A stretch of 63,874 bases of DNA, the filler included, from Basidiobolus ranarum (Eukaryota): the NCBI GenBank assembly GCA_040143965.1. It is 3 parts of 3 records of this genome, joined end to end, with 100 filler letters (N's around TTAATTAATTAA, not from the genome) between each part and the next. Parts side by side here need not be neighbours in the genome. Positions count along the whole stretch, not along the records: positions 1 to 21,299 come from JASJQH010007085.1; positions 21,400 to 42,588 come from JASJQH010007086.1; 1 more part is not named here. The stretch is one strand, 5' to 3'. The notes beneath the pieces were generated by a model. The model searched no databases. It was not told the DNA's origin and saw only the letters and a list, made by a program, of their open reading frames with translations. Made by a program: the position numbers and the translations under genes. Numbering within the stretch: the stretch's first letter is position 1; every line of letters begins with the position of its first letter. Positions 12,138 to 25,200 of this stretch are shown piece by piece.

Positions 12138-14165
12138 GGTTGCCCACTAAACAAACTCTTAGGACCAGATGGCATCCTAACATGGGTACACCATTTAAAT
12201 ACTTCTTCTCATCCATCGTTTCCCCCGTAACAATTATCTCCGACTCATCACCTAAAAGTTCACATACATTAACATGCTTAGTAAAAGACCTAAATAATCC
12301 CCTGTCAACAGCAGATTTAGAAATAATAATGCCATCCTCCTGATTATATCCCATGTATGACTTTATCATCACAACCAAATTAACCCTGTTGGGTTGCTCC
12401 TCCATCCCCAATAATTTATACACCAACGTATCAACCAATGGCACCTGGGCATATTCCAAAAAATTTATATCCCCAGAAGTTACTATAGAAGGAACATAAA
12501 TTTGCATACTTTGTTTTATTGTTGCAGAAGCAAAAACATTACAAGCTGACTGGTTGTGATTAGCATAAAGAACCATAGATGGAGGAATACCCAACATGAC
12601 TAATGGATGAATCTCCATAGGAGTATACATCTTATGTCTCCTGTGATACCCTATGTCACCCAACATAATCTGAGATTGCTCATCTGGATCCACAAACTCT
12701 ATCTTGCCACTTTCCAAAAGTTTATCCCACAGAAGTTTATCCAACTCTTTCCAATCTATTGCCACCCCCAAAAGCCTAAACAAAGGTCTCACAAATCTTC
12801 CAGAAGATATTTTAACGTAAATAATTCTTGGGATTGGTTTGCAATATGACACAGAAATCATAAGATGAATACATTTGAGTTTGTTTCTAAGAAATCTGAA
12901 ATTGCCACCATAAAATCCTACAATGTATCCATCAAAAAGTACAGAATGTTTTAAGTCACAATTATCATAAGATAAATTATTTTTTAACCAATTCTGTGCC
13001 TCAAAAACTTTTTCTTCAGGAATGTTCAAAAGCAAACATGTCATGGCAAGATGTTTGATAATACCAATGCTTTTTCCTTCGGGGGTTTCACACAAACAAA
13101 CATATCCCAACTGGCTGGGATGAATAGCTTGCATATGAATATTTGAAGTGTTTTTGTCACAAGGTACAATAATTTTGTGGACCATAGAGACTTCATCTAT
13201 AACAGATTTATGTGAAACAAAGTTGACCATTTTGGAATATTTTTTTCCATGAATAATTTGTTGACCTTCTTTAAGCATAATAAAGAGTTCATCATACACA
13301 AAGGTTTGCAGACGATTTTCTATATCAGATACCTTAATGGTGCGATTTAAAATCTGATCCAAAAGAATATTCAAAGCCTTCCCAATTTTGTTTCCATAAT
13401 CATCTTGGTCCATAGGCAGGAAGATATCCATGGCAGTCATAAGAGCTGTATATGATAAGAGGGCAAGTGTGTATACAACATTCTCCTTATTCTGTGATGT
13501 GAAATGCTTGGATTCTAATATTTTTCATTCTTTGGGGGTAATATTATTTTCTGATTCTGTCATAGAGGCTAAGAATACAGTTGAGAAAGTATTCACATGA
13601 GATTTGTTGGCAATCAGAAAAGCAAAAACTTTGTATATTTTACCAAAGTCATAACCTAAGTTATTCATGACTCAATAAACAGACATATGTTTGATTCCAT
13701 TAAGATCTTTGTGAGTTGATGAAACATCTCGATAAAGATCAACAGAATTTTTGATGCAGACCCTTAATGGTAGCAAGGATCCCATGAACCTAGTTTTGCA
13801 ATAAACAACATTTTCATCCTTGGAAATATAGGGGATAAAAATATTTTGTAATTCTTGAATCAGAGGGACTTGTTCTATGCCATTGATGATTTAACAACCC
13901 TTGTTGTTGACAAGAGAGAGTTTACAAATCATTTTGCCATTACTGTGTTTGTAATGTCCTTCATAAGTTTTACATTTAATTAATGCATCAACGTAATCTA
14001 TTTTTGATGGTATTTCATATGATTTATTATTAAGAGGAAAGGGTTATTTGGATTTGGTTACTATAACCCTAATACTTTTAATTGGTATAATTGTTGGAAT
14101 TACTATAAGATTACAGCATATTTCTATATGCAAAAAGGTGGTTGTAATTCAGCAAAATGTTGCAT
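12138..14165 (-). pseudogene. Intronless, compact RNA polymerase second-largest subunit (RPB2/beta-like), N-terminal part only; probable viral or virus-like origin
   Basis: Ordered RPB2 motifs: KG(*)IINGIEQVPLIQE, DQDDYGNK, IHPSQLGYVCLCETPEG..GIIKHLA, SGRFVRPLF, IEFVDPDE, EIHP..MLG..NHNQSA.N, YAQVPLV, VNLVVMIKSYMGYNQEDGIIISKSAVDRGLFRS. A 450-codon open frame plus an upstream part with a few stops; candidate ATG at 14165. Confidence 0.88.
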
Positions 14166-14352
14166 ATTTACAAAATATAACTACGGGATATATAGATGAG
14201 AAAGAATCACAAACGGTAACTTAAAAATATTAGTTATTTTTAATTAAACTGGATAAAGTCTAAAATTATTTAGAATTACACTTATTGGCCAAAATATTTT
14301 TAAAGGTTTTGTTTAGAATAAAATCTGTAGGTTGAAAATTTTTTTTAAAAAA

Positions 14353-15680
14353 AGCTGAGGAGCATAAGCACAGTAGTCTGTTGCTTTTTACATGTCCAGA
14401 ATAGAAACTAGCACAGTCTTAAGAGCAGTTTCTCCATCAATGTCACTGCTTAGTACCCTGATTTTTTGTGCTAATACTTTCTCTACCATTGCTTTCCAGT
14501 GCTTGAATATAGTTAAGGCTCCAGATTATCATTTCAGAAAGAATACCCAATTATATCCTGTTCTGTCATCAATAAAGGTCACAAAGTTCCTTTAGCCATC
14601 TGGTGAGGTGTTTTCCCAGGGAGCACTTAGATCAGAATGAATCAGGGTAAAATTCTGAGTGGATTGGATCTCACCATAGCTCAAAAATAGCAGTCTGTGA
14701 CATTTTCCATATATGCAACCTTCATACAGAATCAATTTGGTAATTGTTCAATTTTAGGCCTGGTACATGCTGATTTTGTAACATTTAGGTCATATTTTGT
14801 TCTTCAATGTGGCCTAAACTTATATGCCACCTTTGAAAGCCTTTCTCACAGGTTTTGGTCACATTTGCATGCTCAGAGTTTCAGTAGTTTTTTCTAACTT
14901 GTATAAGATTTAGGTTTCAATCAAAGTTGGCAATTTAGTCATTTCTGATGTGTGATAGTGCATCCAGCCTTGCTGAATGTGAAATTTAGTCTCTAAGCTG
15001 TCATTTGGCTTACTGCAAGTAGATTCTTGGCTATATCTGATAGAAAGATTAATTCATCCAACTTTGCAAGTGGTTTATCTACATTTAGATCTAAATTGAT
15101 CATGAATGTGCCCTGACCCACTGCATCTATTGCTATGTTATCTCCTAAGTAGACTCTCCAGGTTATGAGGAGTTTTAAGCTGTAAAATCAATATTTTTTT
15201 ATTTGAAGTATACTTGTAAGCTCCTGATTCAATGTACCATGTTTCTGAATCTTCTTTGGTGCTACTAATATGGCAGACACAAATATACAATCCTATCAGT
15301 GCCCATTTGATTTGCTTGGTCTGATCTTAGCATTTTGGCAAAAATCCTTTTTCTGCAATTTTTGTTTAAATGACCTATTTTGTTGCAATACTTGCAGATT
15401 ATTAATTACCTATCAGGGGCACCATTATTGAGGTGTGTTGGACATCTTCAGCTCCAAAAAATGCATGCTCTCTATTATTTTGCTGAGAATTGGATCTCCT
15501 TAATGCCTTCTTCAAATGCTAAGCACCAACATATTCCATTATTAATGGCCCTGATCTTGATTCTAGGGTAGTTTTGAGATTTCCAAACTTGTCTTGCAGG
15601 CTCCCAATTAGTGTCACAACTTTATCTTCTTCATTTGGAGGTGCTCCAATGGATGAAAACTAATATGCCAAAGTTTTGAT
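14353..15680 (-). mobile_element. Copia family A gag-PR-IN fragment (upstream half of the split copy)
   Basis: Reverse-complement homology to about 16620-17935 (zinc-knuckle region, WYIESGA protease, integrase up to the PYTPQ-equivalent motif). Confidence 0.8.
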
Positions 15681-15832
15681 CTAATTAATGTGAATAGTTG
15701 GAGACTCATCAGAATTTGTTTGAATTGAGAGAAATTCTTCCCTTGAATATTGCCTATTAGCCAGTCTGTTAATGTAAAAGTGTCTCTCATGTATTTCCAA
15801 AACATTTTAGATGTTTTTAGCTTATTGTAAAT

Positions 15833-16182
15833 TGTTGAAATTAGGTAAATAGCAACCCATTATTTAGTAATTAGCTTATTCATATACTGACAATTCAGCA
15901 CTCAATTCTCTATTCAAGAATGTGTGTTTATTGTTCTAATTGATAGAAATATCAATTAGAGCACTTTTACCATTTTCCCTATTTTCTCAAAATCTCTCCA
16001 AATCACTTCAAATTTTCACCCATATTTAACAGGTTTTTTGTTATGATCTAAGCACATCCAATAGTCCTATTTAACAGTAAACTATAAGTAGGACATATTC
16101 AATTTTAATAAAACTTAAGTGTCTAATTCACAAATCCAAATCTTGTCCAAAACACTTCCAAGTCCCCCAAACATCTTCATCA
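15833..16182 (+). repeat. Copia family A 5' LTR followed by a putative PBS (GGTTTGGAGCCC, 16183-16194)
   Basis: TG...CA ends; direct repeat of 20132-20483; the PBS resembles the GGTTATGGGCCC type used by copia elements. Confidence 0.9.
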
Positions 16183-19100
16183 GGTTTGGAGCCCAAAGCT
16201 AGCTGTTAAAGAAATGTCTATTAGTACTATGACCAATGTTTTTGCATCCACAGAGAAGTTTGATGGTGAAGACTTTTACTTTTGGAAGTTCAAGACACAA
16301 ATGGTACTAGAGGACAAGGACCTGTGGGGATTTGTTACAGGAGAAGAAATAGCACCAAAGGGACCACCAGAAGCTATCCTTGCCTTTCACAAGAAGCAGA
16401 GAAAAGCACTCTCTACACTTTGTCTACATCTCAGATATTCTCAATTGAGGAACATTCAATCAGCCAAAAATGTCCAAAATGCTTGGAAAACACTTGAGGG
16501 ACTATATGAGACTAAAAGCTGGGCTAACAGGCTATAACTTAAGCAAGAATTATTTTCAATTCAGAAGAATTCTGATGATTCTATGTTTAAGCATAAATAT
16601 TGGATAAGGGCTATGGCAGATCTGCTCTCATCCAAAGGAGCACCTCTAAATGAAGATGACCTAGTCATGTCACTACCTGGGAGCCTGCGGGATGAGCTTG
16701 GCAACCTTATATTTGCCCTAGAATCAAGATCAGAGCCATCAACAATGGAATATATTGGTGCAAGGCTTTAGAATGAAGAATTATGGAGATCTAATTCTCA
16801 GCAAAATAATGCAGAACAGGCACTTTTGAAGCTATAAAACATCCAACAGGCTTCAATAATGGTGCTCCCAAAGGGAAATCAACCATCTGCAAGTATTGCA
16901 AGAAACCAGGCTATGTTATCAAAGATTGCAGAAAAAGGATTTTTGCCAAAAAGCTACAATTAGAACAAGCAAATGAAGGAAGCATGGATAGAGATCATCT
17001 ATTTGTGTCAGTCCTATCAGTAACCCTTAAAGAAGACTCAGAAACATGGTATATTGATTCAGGAGCTTCCCAGCATATGTCAAACAGCAAAGATTTGTTT
17101 TTCAGCTTAAAACCAATCCAAACAAGGAAAGTCTACTTAGGTGATGACTATGCACTAGATGCAGTTGGTAAAGGCACCATTGTACTAAATTTAGACCAAA
17201 ATACAGCTACACCTTCTGCAAAATTGGGTGACATACTCTATGTATAAAATGTAGACAAGAATATACTCTCAGTAAGCCAAGCAACAACTCAAGGACTAAG
17301 TTTTGTGTTCAGTAAAGCTGGATGCACTATCACAGATCAGGATGATACTAAATTAGCCACTGGGATCAAAACTCAAAACTTATACTAGCTAGAAATCAAC
17401 AAATTGCATTCTGAGCATGCAAACTTGGCCAAAACCAGTGAAATTAGCTGTTAAACCTGGCATAAAAGATTAGGCCACATTGGGGAACAAAAACTCACCC
17501 AAATAATCCAAAACCAGCTTGTTTTAGGCTTAGGAATTGGAAATATCTCTACATTGGATCAGTGTCAAGGTTGCATATATATAATATCACAAACAGCCAT
17601 TCTCAAGCTCTGGAAAGGTCATATCCACTCAGAATTTTGCCCTGATTTATTCTGACCTATGCAGGCCCATGAACAATGTCTGACTTGGTGGGAAAAGGTG
17701 TTTTATGACCTGTATTGATGACAAAACAAGAAATACTTGGGTATTCTTTCTCAAATCAAAATCTGGAGTCTTAGCTACATTCAAGCACTACCAAGCAATG
17801 GTAAAGAAAGAATCAGCACAAGAATAAGGGTACTAAGGAATGATCAAGATGGAGAAGACTGCTCTAAAGACTCAGCTAGTTTTTGCTCTAAACATGGAAT
17901 TAAGCAAAAAACTACTGTACCTTATACTCCACAGTAAAATGGAGTTGCAGAACATGCTAATCAGACTATAGTGGAGATGGCAAGATCAATGGTACATGAT
18001 TAAAAGATGGATTACCAATATTGCACTGAATCTATCTCCACTGCAGTCTATCTCAAAAACAGATGCCCACCAAGATTGCTATCAATTTCTACTCCATTTG
18101 AAGCCCTATATGGATCAAACCCAAGTGTGGATCATCTCAGGATCTTTGGTTGCACAACATATGGCCTATTTCCAGCTCAAAAACACTCCAATTTGGAACC
18201 TAAAAGCAGAAAATGCATATTTCTTGGCTACTGTAATGGATCTAGGGCTTACAGACTGTTTGATATCAAAAATCAGAAGTTAATCAAGAGCAGAGAAGCA
18301 ATTTTTGATGAACAAGCAAATTTTTCACTTAAAGTCACAGTTCTTGAACCAGTAAACACAATCAGTACTATTCAGGAAGTGTCTGGCAGAATTCCAACAG
18401 TATCTGAGCCATATTCAACCAAAACTCCTGTCCCAATTACATCAATTGATGATTCAGGACCCAGAAGATCATAGTGAAGGAAAAATAGGCCTGGAAACTG
18501 GTGGAACACTTCAAATGATGAAGTATATGCTAATGTAGTATCCTGCAACAAGCCACAGACTCTAGATAATGCTCTGGAGTGTCCAGAATCAAAAATATGG
18601 AAAAAAGCAATGTCAGATGAGTTTTCTTCACTTCAGGACAATAAAACATGGGTATCAAGTACTCTTTCATCAGGCAGAAAGCAAATAGGTTCTAAGTGGG
18701 TCTACAAAGTTAAAAACCAATCTGATGGAGACATAGAAAGGTACAAAACAAGATTAGTTGCAAAAGGCTATTCCCAGACTCCAGGAGTTGATTTAATGAA
18801 GCTTTTGCTCAAGTCACTTAGTTTAGCTCTATTAGTCCAATCCTGACACTCTCGGTTGTCCATAACCTTGACATACATTATATGGATGTAAATACAGCCC
18901 TTCTGAATGGAAATCTAGAAGAAGAGATCTATATGGAGAAACCAGATGGATTTGTTGACCCAAAACATCCTGTTATGGTCAGTAAACTGCAAAAGTTGCT
19001 CTATGGACTCAAGTAAGTACCCATGGCTTGGTACAACCAGATAGATACCAAGTTGGAATTACTGGAATTCCAAAAATGCACAGCAATCACAGTATTTACA

Positions 19101-20131
19101 TCAAAACAACCGGAAATAGAATACTTATCTTAGCACTACACTTGGATGACTTGATCATAGCTACAAATGATCTAGAATCTCTTAATCAGACAAAAAGCAG
19201 CTTATCAAACCAATTTCAGATGACTAATATGGGTAAATTAAGTCATTTTCTAGGAGTCCAAATCAAGAGAGATAAACCCAATCAGAAAATCATGCTGAAT
19301 CAGGCTAGATACATCCTGGATATCCAAAAACACTTTAACATGGAGCAATGCAATCCTGTGTCAACACAATGAATCTTAATGTGAAATTAATAAATTTCAT
19401 CCAAATTTGGCCCAATATAACTTAAATCAAAGCCAGGAGTCCCCTTAACAATCCATGAGGGGTAGTTTAATGCATACAATTGTTGGAACATGTCCAGACA
19501 TTGCTGTGGCAGTGGGAACTGTCAGCCAATATTTCAAAAATCCAGGATCTGAGCACAAAGCTGCAGTATAACAAATATTCAGGTGCTTGAGAGGAACTGT
19601 AGATCTGGTTCTGGAATACTCTGCCACTCCTGATGCACAAAACTTTGAAGGCTACAGTGATGCAGACTGGTGAAGAATCCTCAATGATCAAAGATCAACA
19701 ACTAGAATTACTTTTCTCAATGGTAATGGAGTCATAACTTGAAATAGTAAGAAGCAACCAACCATAGCACTTTCCACTAGAGAAGCAGAGTATATGGCTG
19801 CCTCCACTATTTCACCAGAAGCTATGTGGTTAAGAAAGTTATTTACAGACTTAGGATACATGCAAAACTGTGCTATTACTGTATTTGAAGACAATCAAAG
19901 TTGTATTTCATTAGCTAAAAACCCAATATTTCATGCTAGAACAAAACATATAGCTATTAGGAATCATTTTGTTGGAGAAGCAATAGAGAATAATATATCT
20001 GAACTGGTCTATTGCCCTACTGAGGAAATGATAGTTGACTTCTTAACCTAACCTTTAGCTAAAGCACAATTTGAATTATTGAGATATAAGTTAGGCTTAA
20101 GAGAAATACAAAATAATTAGTTGGGTGGGAA

Positions 20132-20483
20132 TGTCAAAATTAGGTAAATAGCAACTCATTATTTAGTAGTTAGTTTATTCATATTCTGATTATTTAGCAC
20201 TCAATTCTGTTATTCAACAACGTGTGTTTGTTGCTCTAATTGATAGGAATATCAATTATATCACTTTTACCAATTTTCACTATTTTCTCAAAACTTCTCC
20301 AAATCACCTCAAACTTTCACCCATGCTTAACAGGCATGTTTGTTATGATCTAAGCATGTCCAATAGTCCTATTTCATAGTAAACTATAAATAGGACATAT
20401 TGAATTCAATAAAACTTAAGTGTCCAATTCACAAATCCAAATCTTGTCCAAAACACTTCCAAATCCCCTAAACACTTTTATCA
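20132..20483 (+). repeat. Copia family A 3' LTR preceded by a polypurine tract (GGGTGGGAA)
   Basis: TGTCAAAATTAGG...TTTTATCA; direct repeat of the 5' LTR. Confidence 0.9.
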
Positions 20484-20627
20484 GAATAATGCTTGCATCA
20501 TCTTCGGAATTTGCCTTAATGTCTAAAAGCACTTTTCCTGGGTAAATCACATAAGTAAAACTACTGATTCTGAAATGGTAAATAACATCATGCTAGATAG
20601 TGTGCTATTATGCCAATTTGTGCTGCA
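20484..20627 (+). mobile_element. Diverged fragment of the right arm of the PHIS/Pangu-like element
   Basis: Aligns by eye to about 37775-37918 (CACATAAGTAAAA, AAATGGTAA, ATGCCAATTTGTGCTG shared). Confidence 0.6.
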
Positions 20628-21175
20628 TGCTCAGAATGCAATTTGTTGATCTCTAGCTTGTATAAGTTTTGAGTTTTGATCCCAGTAGCTAATTTGGTAT
20701 TATTTGGATCTGTGAGGGTGCATCCAGCCTTACTAAACATGAAATTTTATCCTTGAGTTGTTGCTTGGCTTACTGAGAGTAGATTCTTGGCTATATTTGG
20801 TACATAGAGTACATCATCTAATTTTGCAGATGTTGTAGCTGAATTTTGGTCTAAATTGAGTACAACTGTGCCCTTACCAACTGCATCTAGTGCAAAGTCA
20901 TCACCTAAGTAGACTTTTCTTGTTTGGATTGGTTTTAAGCTGGAAAACCAATCTTGCCTGTCTGACATATGCTGGGAAGCTCCTGAATCAATGTACCACA
21001 TTTCTGAGTCTTCTTTAGTAGTTACAGATAGGGCAGACACAAATAGATGATCTCTATCAGAGCTTACTTGATTTGCTTGTTCCAATTTTAGCTTTTTGGC
21101 AAAAATCCTTTTTCTGCAATCTTTGATTAAATGGCCTGGTTTCTTGCAATACTTGCAGATGATTAATTTCCTAAT
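20628..21175 (-). mobile_element. Copia family A fragment (zinc knuckle plus protease), locally open frame
   Basis: ORF 20747-21202: CKYCKKPGHLIKDC, WYIDSGASQHM, VLYVPNIAKNLLSVSQ. Confidence 0.9.
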
Positions 21176-21299
21176 AGAGTACATTTTGTAGACAAAAATC
21201 ACTAGTGGAGTAAATGGATGAATTGATCACTAGTCGACTGACCAAAAAAGGATGGATGGATGAAATCGAAAATCTAAAGTCCAAAGTTACTAGTGCGTT

Positions 21300-21399
21300 N
21301 NNNNNNNNNNNNNNNNNNNNNNNNNNNNNNNNNNNNNNNNNNNTTAATTAATTAANNNNNNNNNNNNNNNNNNNNNNNNNNNNNNNNNNNNNNNNNNNN
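21300..21399. other. Assembly gap/spacer (N44-TTAATTAATTAA-N44)
   Basis: Symmetric N runs around a 12-mer that gives stop codons in all frames. Confidence 0.97.
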
Positions 21400-22220
21400 A
21401 ACCAGGTACACCAGTTGGAAGAGTGCTAAATTTGGATGTTTATCCAACACCTGGCACCTCTCAACAAGCCAAAACACCAGCAAATAAAACTCATGGCTCT
21501 CCAACCTCAATTGGTACTTAACAAAGTGTTGAAATTAGCCCCAAACTTAAAGGCAAGCAAAAAGCTTCACACACACTGCAAAGCATCCTCAGTAGTGTTA
21601 CACTACAAGGACATACAAAAATAGTCAAAGTGCTTGAGAAGTATTTTCAAAAGTATGAAGGAAAAAATGCAGTGCAAGTATGCAGAAAGTGGCTTCAGAA
21701 GAAGAACATTCAACTTGACATTCAGTCTGGTGTTGACCATGCAGATATCTGGGAAGAACTTAATACAGAGTAGCACAATATTGCAGGGTATCTGCCAGAT
21801 AGCTGGAAGAATGTTGATTCAGCAATGTTAATACAATGGTGGGCTTTGATGGAGATATAGATACAAACTTGTGTTGGGTATGAGCCAAACCTTGGGTATG
21901 CAGAACTCTATAAAGATATTCAGGAGAATATATCAAAGAGACTAGGGATTTTGAAGGCAACAAATTAGCATTCAAGTGGTAATTGTGTAAAATTTGAGTT
22001 ATGTTTTTTGCACATATGTTGATCCATAGTTCTCTGAGATTGTAGCCCATCATATGCAACTATTTTGCAAGATCTTGAAATTTCACTCATGAAACTGAAA
22101 AAATTGATTAAAATCAAATCTAAGTTGACAATTTTATGATGGTAAGTAAATGGTCAATCCCAAATGGATTAAAATTGCGACAGTTTTCCCACAATAACAA
22201 TCCTCAAATTTCTGTTAGGG
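21400..22220 (-). mobile_element. CMC/EnSpm transposon, copy 4: terminal segment with accessory gene remnant, abutting a truncated copia 5' LTR
   Basis: Closely similar to 6124-6943 and ends at the same TGTTAGGG (22213-22220). Confidence 0.85.
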
Positions 22221-25200
22221 TATCATGGGTTGCTTCTAATACTCAAAGTCTACCCCCATTATGTCAAGATTCCCAAAAGGTGATTACTAATATTCTAACA
22301 TTCAATGGGGAAGATTTCCGTAAATGGAAATTTAAGATGCAACTTGTGGTAGAAGGGAAACATGTCTGGGAAGTAGTTCAACCAGATGAAGAAGAAGAAG
22401 CTTCTGAAGAAGAGAGTGCAGATTCTGACACTGAAACAAAGAAGCCAACATGTAAAGAACCCAGGGCAGTTTTCAAAGAAAAAGATAGATTGGCATTTAG
22501 GGAAATATGTCTAAGACTGGGATCACAACAACTTATTCTAGTCAAAGATGCTGACTCTGCCAAGAATGAATGGGCAATCCTAGTGGAACATCATGAGCAA
22601 AAAGGGCTTGCTCACTTGATGATGCTACAAAGAAAATCCTTAAACTCTTGTATGTCCGAGGTTTCAGATATTATGACATATATAAATGGTGTCAAGAAGC
22701 TTGCCCACCAGCTGGAGTCAGTGAATTGAGAAGTACCTGAAATAGATATAACTCTGACCATAATCAATGATCTCCCTGAATCATATTCAGCCCTTGTACT
22801 CACTTTGGAAGCAATAGGGGATAAGCTTACTCATAATGCATCACTAGAGGAAATAGAACCTCTGGACATCATGGTAGCTGGAAGCAACAAACTGGTTGAA
22901 TATGGAATGGAAAAGGCCACACTTGACTTACAAATAAGTAAAACCAAAAGTGTAATGGTAACCTTGGAAGATGTCTTATATATTCCATCACTTACAACAA
23001 ATCTGTTTTCAATTGGAGCAATTGAAAGGAAACATTATGATGTCAAATTCAGCCAAGGAAAAGCAACCATATACAAAGCAAAGTACTTGATAGTAGCAAC
23101 TGGAACAAGAATTGGGAATCTATATTGCCTGGATATTGCACCAATAACTGAGACTGTGTCTAACTTTGCAACATTTACTTCCAGAAACTTGTTGAGTTGG
23201 CATCAGTGCTTAAGTCATCTGAACTATAATAGTGTGAAACTATTATATTAAAATAGCCTATGTTCTGGAATGAATCTTAAGCACTCAGATATCACTAAAT
23301 GAGAAAGCTGTAATCAAGGGATAAACACCAGAAAACCATTTCCAAAGGAAAGAGCTAGCAAAGCCAAAGATTTATTGGATCTTATCCATACAGACTTATG
23401 TGGCCCAATGCAAACTCCAACACCATGTAAGCAACAATATTTACTCATCTTTATTGATGATAAATCTCACTTCACAGTTTCATATCTTCTGTCAAGCAAA
23501 GGAGAAGTGTTTCAATATTTCAAGATATATGAAGCAATGGTGACAACCATAACAGGAAGAAAAAACAAATACCTATGCAGTGATTGTGGAACTGAATTTA
23601 GCAATGAAGCCATGACTAGCTTTTGCCAAGAAAAGGGAATTCAGCAGCAATTTACTATTTCACATAGTGCAGAACAAAATGGAGTTGCAGAAAGAATAAA
23701 TAGGACTTTAGTAGAGAAAGCACATACAATGCTGATTAATTCAGATCTGCCAAGATCTATTGGGGTGTAAGCTATTTTAACAGCTACATATCTCCAAAAT
23801 AGAAGTCAAACATGTAGCAACCATAACTCTCAAACTCCTATTGAAATCTGGACTGGAAACTAGCCTAATCTGAATCACCTCAGAACATTTGGATCAATAG
23901 TATTTGCTCATATTCCTAAGCCTCAGCATAGGAAATTGGACAAAAAGGCAATTGAATGTATCCTCTTAGGAAATCAGAACAAAGGCTACCATCTCCAAAT
24001 TGCTGGCACAAATCAAATCATCAACTCCAGAGATACTATATTCATTGTAGAAAATCTCAAATTTTATTATCAAGGGGATTTTACTTTGGCTGAAAATCAA
24101 TATCTCAATAACTCAAATTTGGAGTTAATGAGTTCTGAAACCAATCTTGAGCTAACAAGCACTGAAACCAACTTATAAAATGAAACATTGGAAATAGATA
24201 CTGGAATTAGGCCAAATTTGGAATCTCAAGCTATCTTTCAACAATATCCAAATTTAGAAATTTATCACATCTGGGACAAGTTCTAAACATCAGCCACCAA
24301 TGAATATATGACAAAGCTCAAATCATTACCAATCCCTGTGGTGAATATTCCTAGCAGAAAACCAACAAGCAATAATCCTGTCTCAAACTTCACTACAAGC
24401 ACTGAAATCAAGGAGAACAAACTATTATATGTTATTCTACAATCAAGCAGCTATACAAGTAGTGAAACATTAGGCAGCACTGGAAATGCACCAATTCATA
24501 CCAGAAAACCTGATAATTACTCTGAGGATAGTGATAATTTGGTACCAGCTTCTGGAAATCAGCATATCATCTCTGTCAAAGAAAAATATGGTAATCAGAA
24601 AAAGAAATTTTTCCAGCCAATCAGAAATCAGGAAGTTGGGCTCAGAAACAAGGCATTAATTTTCTGACCAATCAAATGCCTGAGAAATATCCCACTTTCA
24701 ATTTGGCTGATATTCAATGCAATCAATTCTTGGAAGTATCAAATCAATCACAACAAGTATTCAATCAATCGCAAAATTCAGGCAATCAGGTCTCAGAAAA
24801 CCTATCAAATGGAAAGCAGAAACATCCTGTAAGTGAAACATCTGACCATTCTACTGAGGACTTTGGATGTCTCAAATCAGAGCATGAAATCAACAGTTTC
24901 AATTCAGAAAAAGGGTGGAGTCTATCTACACATATAGCATTTTCTGAGCCACAAAATTGGACACAAGCTCTGAAATCTGATGAAGCAACAGAATGGAGAA
25001 AAGCCACTGACAATGAAATTCCCTCCCTAATCAAGAACAACCCATGGTTCCTTGTGGACTTATCTATAGGAAGAAAAACTGTTGTTAATAGATGGGTGCT
25101 GAAACTTAAACTTAACTCAGATGGATCTATCAACTGGTACAAAGCAAGATTAGTAGTAAAAGGCTATGCTCAGAAGTATGTCATTGACTATGATGAAACA

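Larger units (their letters stand above)
15833..20483 (+). mobile_element. Structurally complete but inactivated Ty1/copia retrotransposon (family A)
   Basis: Two about 350-bp LTRs; gag (EKFDGEDFYFWKFK), CCHC knuckle, WYIDSGAS protease, integrase, RT (KWVYKVK, RYKTRLVAKGYSQ, LHLDDL) and RNase H (EDNQSCI, HARTKHI) in copia order; many stops and frameshifts. Confidence 0.95.

Noticed and set aside
12088-13440. Host RPB2 gene, or a real RPB2-integrase fusion protein
   Set aside because: Truncated, intronless and too divergent for the host gene; the last residues of the ORF are only read-through into decayed copia sequence.
21176-21299. Three ACTAGT-centred motifs next to the gap, possibly a transposon subterminal region
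   Set aside because: Too short and cut by the gap; no partner end visible.
21344-21355. TTAATTAATTAA palindrome inside N runs (also 42633-42644)
   Set aside because: Artificial all-frame stop spacer added during assembly or concatenation; not biological.
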